Shown here: piece after piece, positions 41,019-55,460 of the stretch
How positions within the stretch are numbered: position 1 is the first letter of the stretch
How the letters are laid out: each line of letters starts with the position of its first letter
Assembly: GCF_009914755.1 (NCBI RefSeq)
Contig: NC_060927.1
Length of the DNA: 64,000 bases
Reading direction: 5' to 3' (one strand)
DNA from: the human T2T-CHM13v2.0 reference genome, Homo sapiens
Notes under the pieces: generated by a model
The model's database searches: none
What the model saw: only the letters and a program-made list of their open reading frames with translations
What the model was told of the DNA's origin: nothing
Translations under genes and position numbers: made by a program

Positions 41019-41118
41019 GCTCCCTAGCTGAAGTTCTATTAAAAGCACCATCAACTCACCACCAAACGCTCCCTAGCTGAAGTTCTATTAAAAGCACCTT
41101 CAACTCACCACCAAACGC
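41019..41118. repeat. 49-bp tandem duplication (2 copies, 1 mismatch)
   Basis: gctccctagctgaagttctattaaaagcacc(a/t)tcaactcaccaccaaac, twice. Confidence 0.95.
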
Positions 41119-42189
41119 AAAGATCTTGGTTTATAATGTCATTTTCCAATAAAAGAAACCAAGGCTCCTTGGAAAAATAGTTGATTCTAGAACTGGGGCA
41201 GGAAATATACAGGATGAGCCTGGAGCATTTTGCAGTACCAGAAAGTAAGGAAGTGCTTAAAATAAAATGATGAGGGTACGTCAAGGGACACAAGAGCCAA
41301 CCTGAAAGATCTCCCAACAGCCAAAATCAGAAAAATTTGAGAAGCAAAATAAATAATGTAGTACTGGATTAAAATCCAAACTGTAAAATAAATATCCATG
41401 AGTCCCTACTGATATAAATAAATTATTGAATAAATAAACAAGTGGGAAGAGAAAGTAATCTCCAATACAGAAGAATTCCAAATTATCTGTGTAGATATTC
41501 CTTCCTCAAGGAAGTAGAACTTAACTCCCCAGTTCTTGAGTGTGGCTGTATTTAGTGACTTACTGCTGAAGAGTAGTATGTAAAGGGAGAAAAAAAGCTT
41601 CACAAAGGAGAAATCTGGCAAATTACATTGGCCAAGCAATCAAGGTTAACGTCATCAGTGATAAGTCATGTTGATAACAGATACCCCTCAACTAAAGTGT
41701 TGAGAGAATGGCATTTTACTTTCATGGTTTCCTTCTAAAAACCCATAACCACAGTCTAATCATTAGAAAAACATCATATAAACCCTAACTGAGGGACATT
41801 CTACAAAATACTTGACCAGTACTTCTTGAAACTGTCAAGGTCATCAAAACCAAGGAACGTCACAGAAACTGTCACATACCAAAGAAGCTAAGGAGACATG
41901 ACAAATAAATATAATATGGTATCCTGGATAGAATCATGGGACAGAAAAAGGATGATGTTCTGGAGAAAAACTGATGAAATCTGGATAAACCATAGAGTTT
42001 AATTAACAGTAATATGCCAATGTTGATTTCTTAATTGTGACAAAAGCACCATAGTAATGTAAGATGTTAACATCAGGGAAAGCTGTGAAATACATGGGAT
42101 CTCTCTTGACTATCTTTGTAACTTTTCTGTGAATCCATGCTATTCTAAAACAAAAACATTATTTGCAAAAAAAAAAAAGAAAAAAAAAA
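41104..42189 (+). mobile_element. L1MC (L1MC3-like) 3' UTR with A tail
   Basis: ccaataaaagaaaccaaggctccttgg...gggcaggaaatatacaggatgagcctggagc...; poly(A) 42167-42189. Confidence 0.85.
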
Positions 42190-42799
42190 GCAAACATCAA
42201 GTTACAACCAAAGAGTTACTTCAGAAAATCTCTCTACAGAGAAATATGCAGTAAATCAGCCTAACTATGGGCAATCAATGGTTATAGAAACAGGGACTTT
42301 TTCCTTCTTTTTTTTTAAGGAGTTATTCACTGCAAGTCTGATGTCATCCATACCCAAAAGCCCTGAGCTGCATAATGATGATCCAGCCTCCTGTCCCAAG
42401 CCCCTACTCAAATACCCAAAGCCTAATATTGTTTCCACGTAACTGTCCCCCAGGTCTCTCAAATGCATGTGACAACAATCCATGTACAATAAAGCTATGT
42501 ATAGTGGTAGACTATTATTTTAATAGTTCAAATATCCAACACAGACTCATTTTCAGGAAGGCTGATGTTTGTGAATTCAGCCTCTTGGCCGGCCCTTGTG
42601 ATTTACTCAGCCTCCAAAATGGATGAATCCATGTTATAAACCATTTGTGAACAAGGTCCACTGGCAAATAACCCAGTCATTCCTTAATGGCCAGAGCAGT
42701 TCTTGGGATCATTCAAAATAAACTGAAGCTAATTTTCTTTTGGTGCAGGGATGATGAGGTAGAAGTAAAGATTAGGAATAATATGAAACCCCTCACTAA

Positions 42800-43052
42800 T
42801 TTTTTTTTTTTTTTTTTTGAGACAGAGTCTTGTTCTGTCACCCAGGCTGGAGTGCAGCAGTGCGATCTCAGCTCACTGCACCTTCTCGAGTAGCTGGGAC
42901 TACAGGTGCGTGCCACCATGCCTGACTAATTTTTTATATTTTTAGTAGACAGGGTCTCACCATGTTGACCAGGCTGCTCTCAAACTCCTGACCCCTGGTG
43001 ATCCAGCCTCCCAAAGTGCTGGGGTTACAGGCTGGAGCCACCATGCCTGGCT
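42800..43052 (-). mobile_element. AluS with two internal deletions
   Basis: Only ~253 bp long; TSD cccctcactaa / cctctcactaa. Confidence 0.92.
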
Positions 43053-43709
43053 CCTCTCACTAAGATTCTAAAATCAGGAAGTTGGGCCCTGAGGCTGGGC
43101 CTGCAGATGAGAATTAAGACTCTCTTTTGCAGTTACTTTCCCTCCATCTTTGATTTGTTCTTTCGTCAATTATTTGTTGAGTGCCTACAATGAACCTGAA
43201 AGCTGTGACCTATTACAAGGTGGTTTTTGAACACCTAGAACAGAAGAAAAGCAAATGGAACCAGAAATGAAATAAATCAAGCCAGGAACTACCTGGATGC
43301 CAACTTCCACAGTTCTTAACCCAATGGTACATGGCATACAGTAGGTGCTTAATTAAATATTTGTTGAATAAATGAGTAAACACATCAAGGCTTCCCCATA
43401 AATACCTGTCTGAATAACTGCATCAAAGGCTGGGTCTGATGGCAAATTAAGAAACTATTCTGCGGTAAGAGCCTTTGGAATGACAACACCCAGGAGTGAA
43501 CTGCAGAGACTCTTTACCAAACACACTCATCCTGGAGTTCCTGTGAGTCAAGGCAATGGAATAAGTGCAAGGAGCTTGTTAAGTTCCTTATTACAACATT
43601 GCTCCTGTATTTCCCAGGTCTCTCTAATCTTCATATTAGCTGAGTAAGATCAATACATCCTTAATATAAACTGAATGATTATTTGTGAACAAATCTTTAA
43701 AAGCAGAGT

Positions 43710-44085
43710 AATCAACATGATGCTTTGGAGAAAGTATTGAGTTAGAAATTAAGAGAAGAGCATTCTGGTGCCAGGTGTGTCTTCATTCTCATAGAACTTT
43801 AGACAGGTTATTCTACTTCTTTGTGACTCTGTTTCTTTTCCTAAAGAAGAGGGTGCAGTGAAGAATTAGACTACATTATCTCTCTAAAATCCCCTCAGGG
43901 TCCAAAATCTTATAATTCTAAGGCTATTACTCTAATAATTATAATACCTATTCATAGATTGCACTGTTTGTTTTACATGCTTTCCAAGTATTGTCTTATA
44001 TAATCCTCACAACAATTGTATAAAGTAGGTACTATTATTCCCATTTTCAGATGAGAAAACTGAAGCACAGAGAGGTTAAAGATCA
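43710..44085. mobile_element. Two MIR-family SINEs in opposite orientation (43710-43920 +, 43930-44085 -)
   Basis: gtgactctgtttcttttcctaaa...tccaaaatcttataattcta; cccattttcagatgagaaaactgaagcacagagaggttaa. Confidence 0.7.
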
Positions 44086-44263
44086 CAGGCAGTCCTCATG
44101 ATATCATGTTGACTGAAACTCACATATATTGAAATCATGCAAAGCAAGGGCACTGATCTGATATGCACATATTTTTGTTTGTGCAATGTCTTGAAAGCTA
44201 ATCACTGTACATAAACTCAAGCAATTCAAATTCAGAGTCTGCATGCATAGCTTCTATCTACAC

Positions 44264-44445
44264 CAATAGTTCTCAAAGGGTAGTCCTCAGAACAGAAACA
44301 TCATCATCCATGAACTTGGTAGAAATGCAACTTTTCAGACCCCAGTCCAGACCAACAGAATCAGAAACTCTGGGGCTGCAGCTTAGCTGTCTGTTTGCAA
44401 GCCCTCGAGGTGATTCTGATGCAGGTCAAAGTTTGAGAAGCACTG
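44264..44445 (+). mobile_element. MER5A
   Basis: caatagttctcaaagggtagtcc...gaatcagaaactctgggg...aaagtttgagaagcactg. Confidence 0.85.
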
Positions 44446-44627
44446 TTCCACAAGTTCCTGTTTAGTGACCCCTAGAAGATGTGGTGATGGAAGTCAGGAA
44501 GCATAGTGCAATGGTTGGGGCATCCTCAAAGTTCATCTACTCCAAAGAACTAAGCATCCCTTCAGCAGAGAGACAAAAGCCATAAAAAGGAAACATGCAG
44601 AAGTAGGGTCAACTTTGCAAGCTGGTC

Positions 44628-44757
44628 CTTTTCTTTTTAAGAGATGGAGGTCTCGCTAGGTTGCTCAGGCTAGTCTCAAACTCTTGGGCTCAAGCAATCC
44701 TCCCACCTCAGCCTCCCGAGTAGCTGGGACTACTGGTGCACACCATCATGCCTGGCT
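44628..44757 (-). mobile_element. FLAM (free left Alu monomer)
   Basis: ~130-bp monomer gagatggaggtctcgctaggttgctcaggctagtctcaaactc...tgcctggct. Confidence 0.85.
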
Positions 44758-45653
44758 TCAGTAACCTTTAGAGACAGCATTTTTTTTCTTTTAACCATAG
44801 CTCTTCAGTGAACAAAGAATAAGGAAAAAAGAAACCTGTTTTTTCCTTTAAAACTGTTACCCATGACCTTTTTTTTCAGGTTGAAGTGTCTTCAGGATGT
44901 ATCCCTGAGTTTCCAAAGCACTAGGCAGGGATTTAGCTATGTGATTCCAATTAGACTCCACAGGAGAGAGCTGGAGCCACTGACAGGTGCTTTGAAGTCC
45001 TTACGTCTGGTGGACAGTCTGCCCTTCTTAGACACAGCATCTGATATTCTGACACTGGTGGAAAGCATCTGATAGCCGTCTTATTTCTCTTCGGACCCAG
45101 TGCTGTTCATTCAGTGGCCTTTTTCTAAGAGGCACACCAGACTGTCAGCTTGCTTTCTTAAAAAAATGAAAAACAAAACAAAACAACAACAACAACAAAA
45201 AAAACAGAAAACAAAAAACTCCAGGCTAAGATATTCAAATTGCCAAACCAATGGTATCATGGGGGACCATTATAAAATCCTCTCCTAGTTAAATCCGCAT
45301 GCCTCAAGGAGCAAAAAATTAATATACTGCCGTTACACAGTTGAGAGGGAAAATTAATTTACAGAGAAACCTTTTCTAAGACATGTTCAGACTGCCTGGA
45401 TACCACTCTAAATGGAAGCATTATCTGCCTTCCCAAAATAATACACCATATGCCCTAATCTGGCAGACACAAAAATAATTACATGACTCTGGCAGAGCCA
45501 ATATGCTTGCTAATAAATGGAAAAATGAGAATAATGCAAATCAAAGTTAAGTTCAACCGTTTTTAGAATTGTGGTAGGGAAACTATCTACTACAATTAAA
45601 TATGGTAAAAGGCAGAAAATGGGTCTCTTGCATAGATTTCAAAAGCCAAATCT

Positions 45654-45959
45654 GGCTGGGCACTGTGGCTCGTGCCTGCAATTCCAGGAATTTGGGAAGT
45701 TGAGGAGGGAAGATCATTTGAACCCAGAGCTCAAGACCACCCTGGGCAACATAACAAGACTCTGTCTCTACAAAAACTCAAAAAAAAAAAAAAAAATTCC
45801 AGGCACTGCAGTGCCACCTGTAGTCCCAGCTACTAGGGAGGTTGAGGCAGGAGGACTGCTTCAGCCCAGGAGTTCAAGGCTGCAGCAAGCTATGATTGTG
45901 TCACTGCCTTTCAGCCTGGGTAACAGGGTGAGACCCTCTCTTTAAAAAAAAAAAAAAAA
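45654..45959 (+). mobile_element. AluJ
   Basis: Dimeric Alu with A tail; approximate TSD aaagccaaa / aatgccaaa. Confidence 0.93.
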
Positions 45960-46453
45960 TGCCAAAGCTGCTCTCAGGAAACCCATTTAATATGTATCAT
46001 ACATATCAAAGAATACAAGGAATATTAACATGGAAAAGACAGTTGCTTGTGAATAGGTGAGGCAATCTCATAGGATTCCAAGCCATCAGGCAATTCCTTT
46101 TCTAATAATCCATTGTTATAGGGATTCGGTGAGGGTTCTTAATAAAACCAAAGCTCAAAATGCCAAATTCCACACAATTACCTTCAGTTTTTGGCAAAGA
46201 AAACTAAATGCAAAATGTGGTCTGGAAGTTGGATTTGCATCAGTGCAAACCTATTTCAGATGATAGAACCAAAATCATGAAAAACTCTAGCCTACAGTCA
46301 AAAATCACAATCTAACATTGGTGTATTCTTCGGAGCTCTCTTTTTCAGGTAACTGATTTTTTTTTTTTTTTCCTGATCATGTTCTCACAAAGCTACCAGG
46401 AATTCTTATTTCTAAGCTCCTGAATCTTGATGTGTATTAAAAAGTACTAAGTA

Positions 46454-46774
<321 letters not shown>

Positions 46775-48301
46775 TCAAGTCTGATTCCACATGACTATGA
46801 AAGAAAGATGTGGAGACAAAAAAAAAAATGGTGCTTCTTTTACCTTAGAAAATATCCAATTTTGATAAGAAAGTTTTTTTCCTGCAATTTTGCTCTTTAT
46901 CTCCCCCACCAATAAGCCCTAGCAAGCTCTCCTATCTTTAGAATAGAAGGAAGAACACGGTCCTAGTGGTGAAACACTGGTGTGGGGAACCTAAATTAAA
47001 AGCACCCAGGCTCTCATATGCTATCTCAAGGAGCAAGCAGAATCCTGCTACACTACTGGGGTAAGAGGTGAGGCATGGCAATCTCTGCAGGAGGGGCTTC
47101 AGCTTACAAGCCCCTCTTGTCATCCACAAGGAAAAATCTGTCATTGTGAACATGAACCTTTAGGGAAAGAGTCCCTCCCAGAGTGCTACCAAATAAAGTC
47201 CCTCGAGTCACTGTTGCCAATTAAATTCCAGGAGAAAGACAGTGACAGATGTGGGGGTGCCAGTGGATTTGAGCTCTGTTAGTACAAATACCTTTGCAAG
47301 GGAGTGTGCATTGCACAGAGGAAAGCAGCAGTAATGAAATATTTACGTATTTATAAATATCCAGGCATTAACAAGCTTGCCAAACTCATTCCATGCATTT
47401 TAAAGAGTGGTTCCAGGAAAGAAAGAGGAAGACATGGCCCTTGATCAAGAGATGGCCACAGATCTAGGAAATCAGGCAGAGTAAACCAAAATCTCCACTC
47501 CTGGAGAGTACCCATCATTTTTATTGCTTCAAGGACAACCTTTGACAGTCATAGAAGAGATTATTAAAAGTCCAAGCATGTATCTAATACAATGCCTCCG
47601 AAAGCATTTTCCACCCTATTCCCAAGAGATGATCCTGGGGCGGGGTGTGGGGGAAGTCCTCTGGCTAGACAAAGGCTCTGAAAAGTCCTACAGTAAAGAA
47701 AGCTGCTAAATGTTGTTTAACCCATGTCGCTGACTTCTTCGGCCATAAGAATCCTTTTATTCACCAAAACATACATCTCACATAGTCCAAATTATCCTTC
47801 ACACTACCCAACATAGTGGAATTTAATTAGGAAAACTGTATTTGCTTACTCCATATTTTAATGTTGAATTAAACCACAGTGCATTTCTTTTCCTGTGTGG
47901 AAGGAAAACAATTTCCTTTAAGAAAGAAAAAAAAAAAAGAAGAAGAACTGAATCAGCATGCCTATGAGGTTCTGCTTGATTTAAATCTTTTTTTAATTTA
48001 TTGTTCTGGTACCCAGAGGCCAAGGTCAGACTTGCTTTTCTATGAAGACAAAAGTAAAAGACATGACTGCACTACAGGTCATTCTCTGACACTCTAAAGC
48101 AACAATGGAGAAACACGACAGGTCTGAGGTGGGCAGGGACTTAGGAGTATTTCTGAGAAGTGTCTGATTTTGATTGATTGCTGGTCTAGCTTATCTGCTT
48201 GTTACAGTTTAGGACAAGATCTAACTCTTTTATAAAGTAGAGCCCTGAGTTATTTACCTGGATCCATTTCCATTTAAAACAAATTCTGGAGAAGTGGTGA
48301 T

Positions 48302-48521
48302 GGGGAGAGATTAGTTAACAATAATATATTATACAGTTTCAAACAGCTAGAAGGAGGATAGTGAATGTTCCCTGCACAAAGAAATGATAAATGTTGAAGA
48401 TGATGGATATGCTAATTACCATGATATGATCACTCTACATTATATGCATAAGACATCATTGGGTACCCCATAAATATGTATAATTATTATATGTCAATTT
48501 TGAAAAATAAAATATAAAAAA
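48302..48521 (+). mobile_element. L1MA 3' end
   Basis: cacaaagaaatgataaatgttgaagatgatggatatgctaattacc...ccccataaatatgta. Confidence 0.85.
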
Positions 48522-48548
48522 GGAAATTCTCAATGTGAAACAGAATTA

Positions 48549-48829
48549 CAGTTAACCCTTGAGCAACACAAGTTTGAACCTCATGGGTCCACTTACACAC
48601 GAACTTTTTTTCAATAAATACAGTCGGTCCTCCATATCTGCGGGTTTAGCAGAAAACCAAGCACAGATGGAAAATACAGTATTTGCGAGATACAAAATCC
48701 ACAGATATGAAGGGCTGGCTTTTTTTATATGTGAGTTCCCAAGAGTCAACTTTGAGACTTTAATATGTGTGGATTTTGGTATCTGAGGGGGTCCGGAAAC
48801 CAATCCCTCACAGATACTGAGGGAGACTG
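48549..48829 (-). mobile_element. MER8/MER2B-like Tigger MITE
   Basis: Termini cagttaacccttgagcaacac ... gatactgagggagactg, flanked by TA on both sides. Confidence 0.85.
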
Positions 48830-49018
48830 TAGTACCTCCTCTCCACCTCCCACCCTCATCTTGAGCCAACTCACTTATTAGCAGCTCAGTGTGGCTCACT
48901 TGCCTACCCACCAGCTCTAAGCTATTTATACTCTAGGATCAGCCCTAAGTCCAGGCTGAAATGCAAAGATTTCCCTGCTGAAACAGGAATGGCCTTTGAT
49001 CCTCCCTTAATTTATTTC

Positions 49019-49451
49019 TGTATTAGTCAGCTATTACCACAATAATGCCACATAACAAAATACCTTAAAACTCAGTGGCTACAACAACAAATGTGTATTT
49101 TTCTCACTCACAGTCCTCTGGGTCTGCTGGGATGGTTCACTTTCAACTGCTGGTTGGCTGGCTGAGCTCCAGGCTGTAGGTTGTGTTCGTGTCTGCTCCA
49201 TGTGTCTTTTTATTTTGAGCCCCAGGCAGAAAAGACAGTAAATACGTAGGTATGCTTTCCTTTTAGTGGATCACTGGAGCATAAGAGACCTTGCCCTATA
49301 ACCCAAGCACAGGTAAAATATCTGTTTCTGTCATATCTGCTAGCATTCTACCAGCCAAGAAACATCATACAGCCAAGCTCCAAATCAATAGGGTGTGAAA
49401 TTGAGGGAGAAGGGACTGAATATTTGCTGAACAATAATTCTAACTACATCA
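49019..49451 (-). mobile_element. MLT1H-like LTR
   Basis: tgtattagtcagctattaccacaataatgc...aaaactcagtggct...gaatatttgctgaacaataat. Confidence 0.8.
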
Positions 49452-50144
49452 CTCATCTCCTCCCTTGCTTCTCCTTGCACTATGTATTTTGGGGTCCCTT
49501 ACCCCTAACTGCTGGTCTGGCTTTACAGCCGCCTGGATGGTTTTGACCTCTTGGACTCTGCCTGCTTTCTAACTTTCATAGGGTCTTTTGGGATGTCAGC
49601 CAGAAGGACAATGCTGGAGTGGAGACATAAGAGCCAAAATCTAATCAAGTGGGATGAGTAACATAAAGAATCCTAACCTCAAGTCTTTTACCCAAAGAGT
49701 GTGGGTAAAAGACGGGAGCGAGACAGGCAAAAGTAATATGAGGAAGCCCAACTTCATCTTCCGGGTCAAAGGGACCCAACAGAGACAATAATAAGAGATG
49801 AACCTCAACGGTAAGAAGCTGAATTGACCCAGAAGCAGGATGAAGGTCAGACAGGCAGGGAGATTCAATGTTCTCCTGGCTAGTTTCCATCTGGTCATCA
49901 GGGTCTTATACTGTTGCAGGCCAAGTTTGGTAGAGCAACCTACTTCCCTACCACAAGGCCCAGGTATCCTGCCTCAGGACAGCAGGCTAATGTAGCCCTA
50001 CTGAACCCTTCACTCACCTCCACACTAGAGAGCAGATGCAAAAGATAATTTTTAAGTCCCCCATTTCAACATCAGCTTAGCCCTCTCCGTGATTAGGAGA
50101 CAGGCCTCAGCATCCTTCCAAATGATTTCCCCTTTCCCTGAAGC

Positions 50145-50320
50145 CAGAATTTCCCAAATTTTGCTTCACATTGGAAACACCTAGAGATCATTAAGTCAGC
50201 ATGCCTGCCCACACTGCAGGCATGCTGACTTAACTGATCTGTGGTAGATCTGGGTACCACAATGTTTAAGAGATCCTTGGGAAATTCTAATAAGCAGTGC
50301 CGTTTGGGACCCACTTTTCT
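50145..50320. mobile_element. MER5-family MITE (degenerate)
   Basis: tttcccaaatttgcttcacattggaaacacctagag...gtttgggacccact. Confidence 0.55.
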
Positions 50321-50461
50321 AAAAATCTAATCCAGCCAATCAGACTTTGAGAAGAGTTCATTTCAAATTTACAACACAGTTTTGGATAGGCAAAAGGAGA
50401 CCCCTAGATGACTTGGTAAGTAGGAGCTGAAGGGACCCTAGTTGTTCGGCATAAGAAAATA

Positions 50462-50787
50462 CAGGCCCAAATCCCTTAGTCTGAAACCCAACAGGCTCTG
50501 AAAACTGAAAGTTTTTTCAAAACTCAATGGCAGTAAACCCTGACCTGACTTGAATCATTTGGTGTTAAGACCCGACTAGTTATAGTTTTTATTCATCAAA
50601 CACAGTGTGAATATTCATCCATTTTTCCAGGTAAATATTAACGTGTTTAATTACAGAGTGCTTTTCCAGACCCTGCTGGAGTTGTTACATAACACAAGTT
50701 ATGTGTACCTTTCTACATTCTGAAAATTCTGAATTCAGAAAACATATGTGTGGCCGAAGAGTTTAGGCTAAGAGAATATGAATTTAT
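50462..50787. mobile_element. MER46C-like Tigger element
   Basis: caggcccaaatcccttag...agtgtgaatattcat...ccagaccctgctggagttgttacataa...aaattctgaattcagaaa. Confidence 0.7.
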
Positions 50788-51384
50788 ACGAGGAATTTGT
50801 TTAATTGCTCCTTGGATATAAAGACCAGATAAAAGAAGGGGATAGGAGAGAGAAAAATGATGAGTTAACATAGCCCTTGTGTGACTTAGATAAAAGTGCC
50901 CATCTGAGTGGATTAATTAGCGAAAAGGACCACCTCTGAGTAAACACAGGCCTTCCCTCGGGCTCACAGCTTGATAAGCAGATCACAGGCTGGATTTTAC
51001 CCTCACTCACCTCCCTTGGCCAGATTCTTCTGTGCACTGTACAAACTACACAACCATACAGACGGCCTTACAAAGGAACTTTTATAGCAGCTGGAATCTG
51101 AGGTGCAGAAATGAGCAAAGCTCTAAGTACAGGGATGTCTAATATTCAATTTTTAATTGTTTCTGTTAATGAAATGGAAAGGTCTCTGCCTCCCAAACCT
51201 TTAACCTAGAGCATACACGAAAGCTTTGGGATGAAATAAATAGGATTACCCACTTGGGGCACGTGCATGGGATAGCATGTAAAGGATAGTATGTGTAAAG
51301 ATGTCAAGCACGGGAGAACCAGAGTTCATAAGATGGGGCATTGGACTTTCCACCAACTGTTAAATAGAGTTCAAGCTAATTTCA

Positions 51385-51763
<379 letters not shown>

Positions 51764-51789
51764 ATAACAAGCTTCAGAACGATTCTAGA

Positions 51790-51910
51790 AGAGAAGAGGA
51801 AGCTAAGATAGGTTAGGTCATTTGCCCAGTAAATGTGGCCAAAAAGTATCAAAATCAGTGATTCAATGCAGATATTTCTGATGCCAAAGCCAATGCTCAC
51901 AACTACTACT
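51790..51910 (-). mobile_element. MIR fragment
   Basis: gaggaagctaagataggttaggtcatttgccca...ctgatgccaaagccaatgctc. Confidence 0.6.
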
Positions 51911-52809
51911 CTGTTTCTACCCCACAGCAACTGTAACAGCACTTAGTGCCCAAAGGCCACTCCAACAAACCCACAAATGGTGACCACCCAGCCCTTTGCA
52001 TATTTGCATATTCAAGGATCTCGTTAAAACTAGGCCTTATCAAACTAAGCCATGATAAACACCCTACCACACAAATACAAGCATGTGAAACACTTAACTA
52101 GCTCCTGTGTACTTGTGTGCCTCATTCACATTTATGTAAACTCCACAATACAAATGTACTCACAATTTCAGCTATATTTTAATGTTTTCCTTTGGGCATT
52201 TCATTTGTAGGATCCATTAAACTGAACGTCACCACTAGTTACTTAGAACCAAAAAAGCACTCTCATGTACCAGGCAAAACTGAAAACATTCTCAGCATTG
52301 TTTATCAGCAAGGGTGGTTTCCATTACCTGCACCCTTTGAATATGCAACAGACCACAAGAAATTCAACCAATTCAGGATGCAGCAGTACCCTGACCTATG
52401 ACTATACACAGAGTTGTTTGCTTAAATTCCCATCAAACTCAGCCACCAAATTGCACCAGTGATTGATATGGCACTTAATAAGCAACATAGATAAATTGAA
52501 AATATAAATTTCCTGCTGTTGGTGACTGTGGCAGACACTGCTGATTATCTCTGTGGCAATAGCTAACTATGCATCAAGAAACTTATCCACCCCAGAGGAG
52601 ATTCTGGAGTACTAATTATTTTCTGTTTCTAGATCTAGATACTGGTCACATAGGTGTGCTAAGTTTATGAAAATGCATTGGGCTATACATTTATCATATA
52701 AGCATCTTTCTGATTTGTTCTATGCTTTAATTAAAAGTTTTTTTAATCAGTTATCCAATATACACAATATAGGCAAATGAAAAGAATAAACTGAGAAAAA
52801 AAATGTTAT

Positions 52810-53460
52810 CTTCCATTCTAGGTGTACAGTTGTGACTAGAAGCAGATATCCAGGCAGGAAACTTTCCCAGGATTGCTTGCTTCAAGATAAAGCCCTGTGA
52901 CTAGTTCTCACCCACAAAATGTGAGCAGAAGTGATATGTGCCATTTCTAGGTCATGGCGGCTACAGCACTGTGTACTTTCTCTACCCTCCCTTCCCATCT
53001 GTCCAATGAATGAAGAACACTCCCTTGCCCTAGAGGATGGCAGCACAACATGTTAACAGGCTGACCACTGACCAAGAACACCCACATTGAACTTTTAATG
53101 GCCTAGAAATAAAATTCTGTTGTGTTAAGCCATTGAAATTTTAGAGTTTCGTTGTTAAGGCAGCTAGCATTACCCTAACATATATACCTACCTAAAATCT
53201 GTTCACTCCTTCTTGACTAACAGAATCCTGTTTTTGTTTAGGTTGACAATGTGTCCACTTAAAAATACTGATCTCCTTAGATTATCTTGCAGTGAAATTT
53301 GATTATGTGACTCAGTCCTGATCAATGAGATGTAAATGGAATTTGCTGGCTATGACCTCCAGGAAAGCTCTTTAAAAGATTCAACTTTATCCTGTGTGGA
53401 GCACAGACATGCTACATGTAGATGTCACAGCCATTTTGCAACCATGAGAGCCTGAGAGCT
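52810..53460 (+). mobile_element. Adjacent or nested MLT1 LTR fragments
   Basis: aaatgtgagcagaagtgatatgtgccatttc...gaaataaaattctgttgtgttaagccattgaaattt; cagccattttgcaaccatgag. Confidence 0.65.
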
Positions 53461-54049
53461 AAAGATATCTTCCCCCAGGAGTAACCACTATCCTTCCCAG
53501 TCTCTATTATTTTCAGCACTCCCCAGTCACACATACATACATATCCAACGCACATGTGCACAAACATTTCTTTCCAAAATGGCAGTTGGGTATAAGAAGG
53601 AGGGGGTTCAAGTGTCTTCATGTGAATGACATGGTGATTACCTCAGATCTGCACAGCGTCCTCTAATGCTGTTCCTCATCTTCATGAGACAGAATATCCA
53701 GGACCTACATGTCCAAAGGGCTTCTTTTTCTGCCTCAGTCTCTCACTCTGTCTGACTCCTCTTATCCCCTCAAACATCTCACCAGAAGGGACAGGCTTTC
53801 TCTGTGTCATATTCTCCTTCTCAATTCCAGCTTTGAGGCTAAGCCTAGATGGGGATAAGTATTTCTTTTTTTACTAAATAAGAGAAAGTCTAGGGAAACT
53901 GGCTTTTGCTATGAAAAAAAAACAACTAAAGAAATTTAGAAAAATCTCCCTTCTCAACAATGCCTAATGCTCAAACCTATCTCTTGCTAAAGAAGTCAGG
54001 AACCTAACCTCTCCTGCCTGAATCACTAAAGCCTCCAGGCTTAGAGTTC

Positions 54050-54553
54050 AAGGAGAATCTAGTAGCTTAAAATAACAACCATTTATTCTGCTCATGAGTC
54101 TGCAGGTCAGCTGGGCAGTTTCTTTTGATCTCAGCTAAGCTCACTCATGCATCTGCAGTCCAGCTGTGGATTGGCTAGTTGGGTCTGCTGATCTTAGCTT
54201 GGTTCACTCTCACATGCCCAGGGGTCATATGACTATCAGTTGTTCTACAAAGGCCTTGGCTGCTCCATATGTCTCATTTTTGCGCAGGCTAGCCTGGCCA
54301 TGTTCTCAGCGCAGTCACAGAGGAATAGCAGAGAAAGCAGAAATGCACAAGGACTTTCACAAGCCTCTGCTTACAAAAAGTCCGCTAATATAATGTCCTA
54401 CAGACCAGTGAAAATCACATGAAGCCCTTATTTAAGTGATGGGAAAATAGACACCCTCTCTTTAGTGAGAGAAACTGCAAAGTCTTAAGGCAAGGGGCAT
54501 GGATTCAGAGAGGGTTTAAGAGTTGGTACTTTAAACTCAAACAATCTGCCATA
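54050..54553 (-). mobile_element. MLT1F/G-like LTR
   Basis: agtagcttaaaataacaaccatttatt...ctcactcatgcatctgcagtc...gaaaatagacaccctctc...caatctgccat. Confidence 0.7.
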
Positions 54554-54833
54554 TCCACCAATATCATCTGCCATTGATGTAGATCAGATCCCCAGCACTG
54601 CCAGACTGGCCCACAAGCTTGGGACAAGAGAAAGCCCTCAAGCAGAGAGTTGCAGATACACGGAGTAGCACAATACTGACAATTACTGAAATGGTGATGC
54701 TGAGGGGATATGGGGGGCAGTTGGCAGTCAATCTACAGTTTGGTGGATAGTCCATGATAGAAATGACCCATCACATTCTCACTCAGGAATTAGTACCAAG
54801 ATCTAGACAGTTGTGATAGAAAAAAAGAGACAC

Positions 54834-55460
<627 letters not shown>

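Noticed and set aside
41019-41118. CRISPR-like repeats (also 62979-63058)
   Set aside because: Only two adjacent copies, no spacers, and a eukaryotic context; these are simple tandem duplications.
44860-44992. Possible exon after the acceptor ttttttttcag|G at 44880
   Set aside because: Only a weak downstream donor (CAG|GTGCTT) and no other support.
47636-47656. G-quadruplex candidate
   Set aside because: Only three G-runs of three or more guanines.
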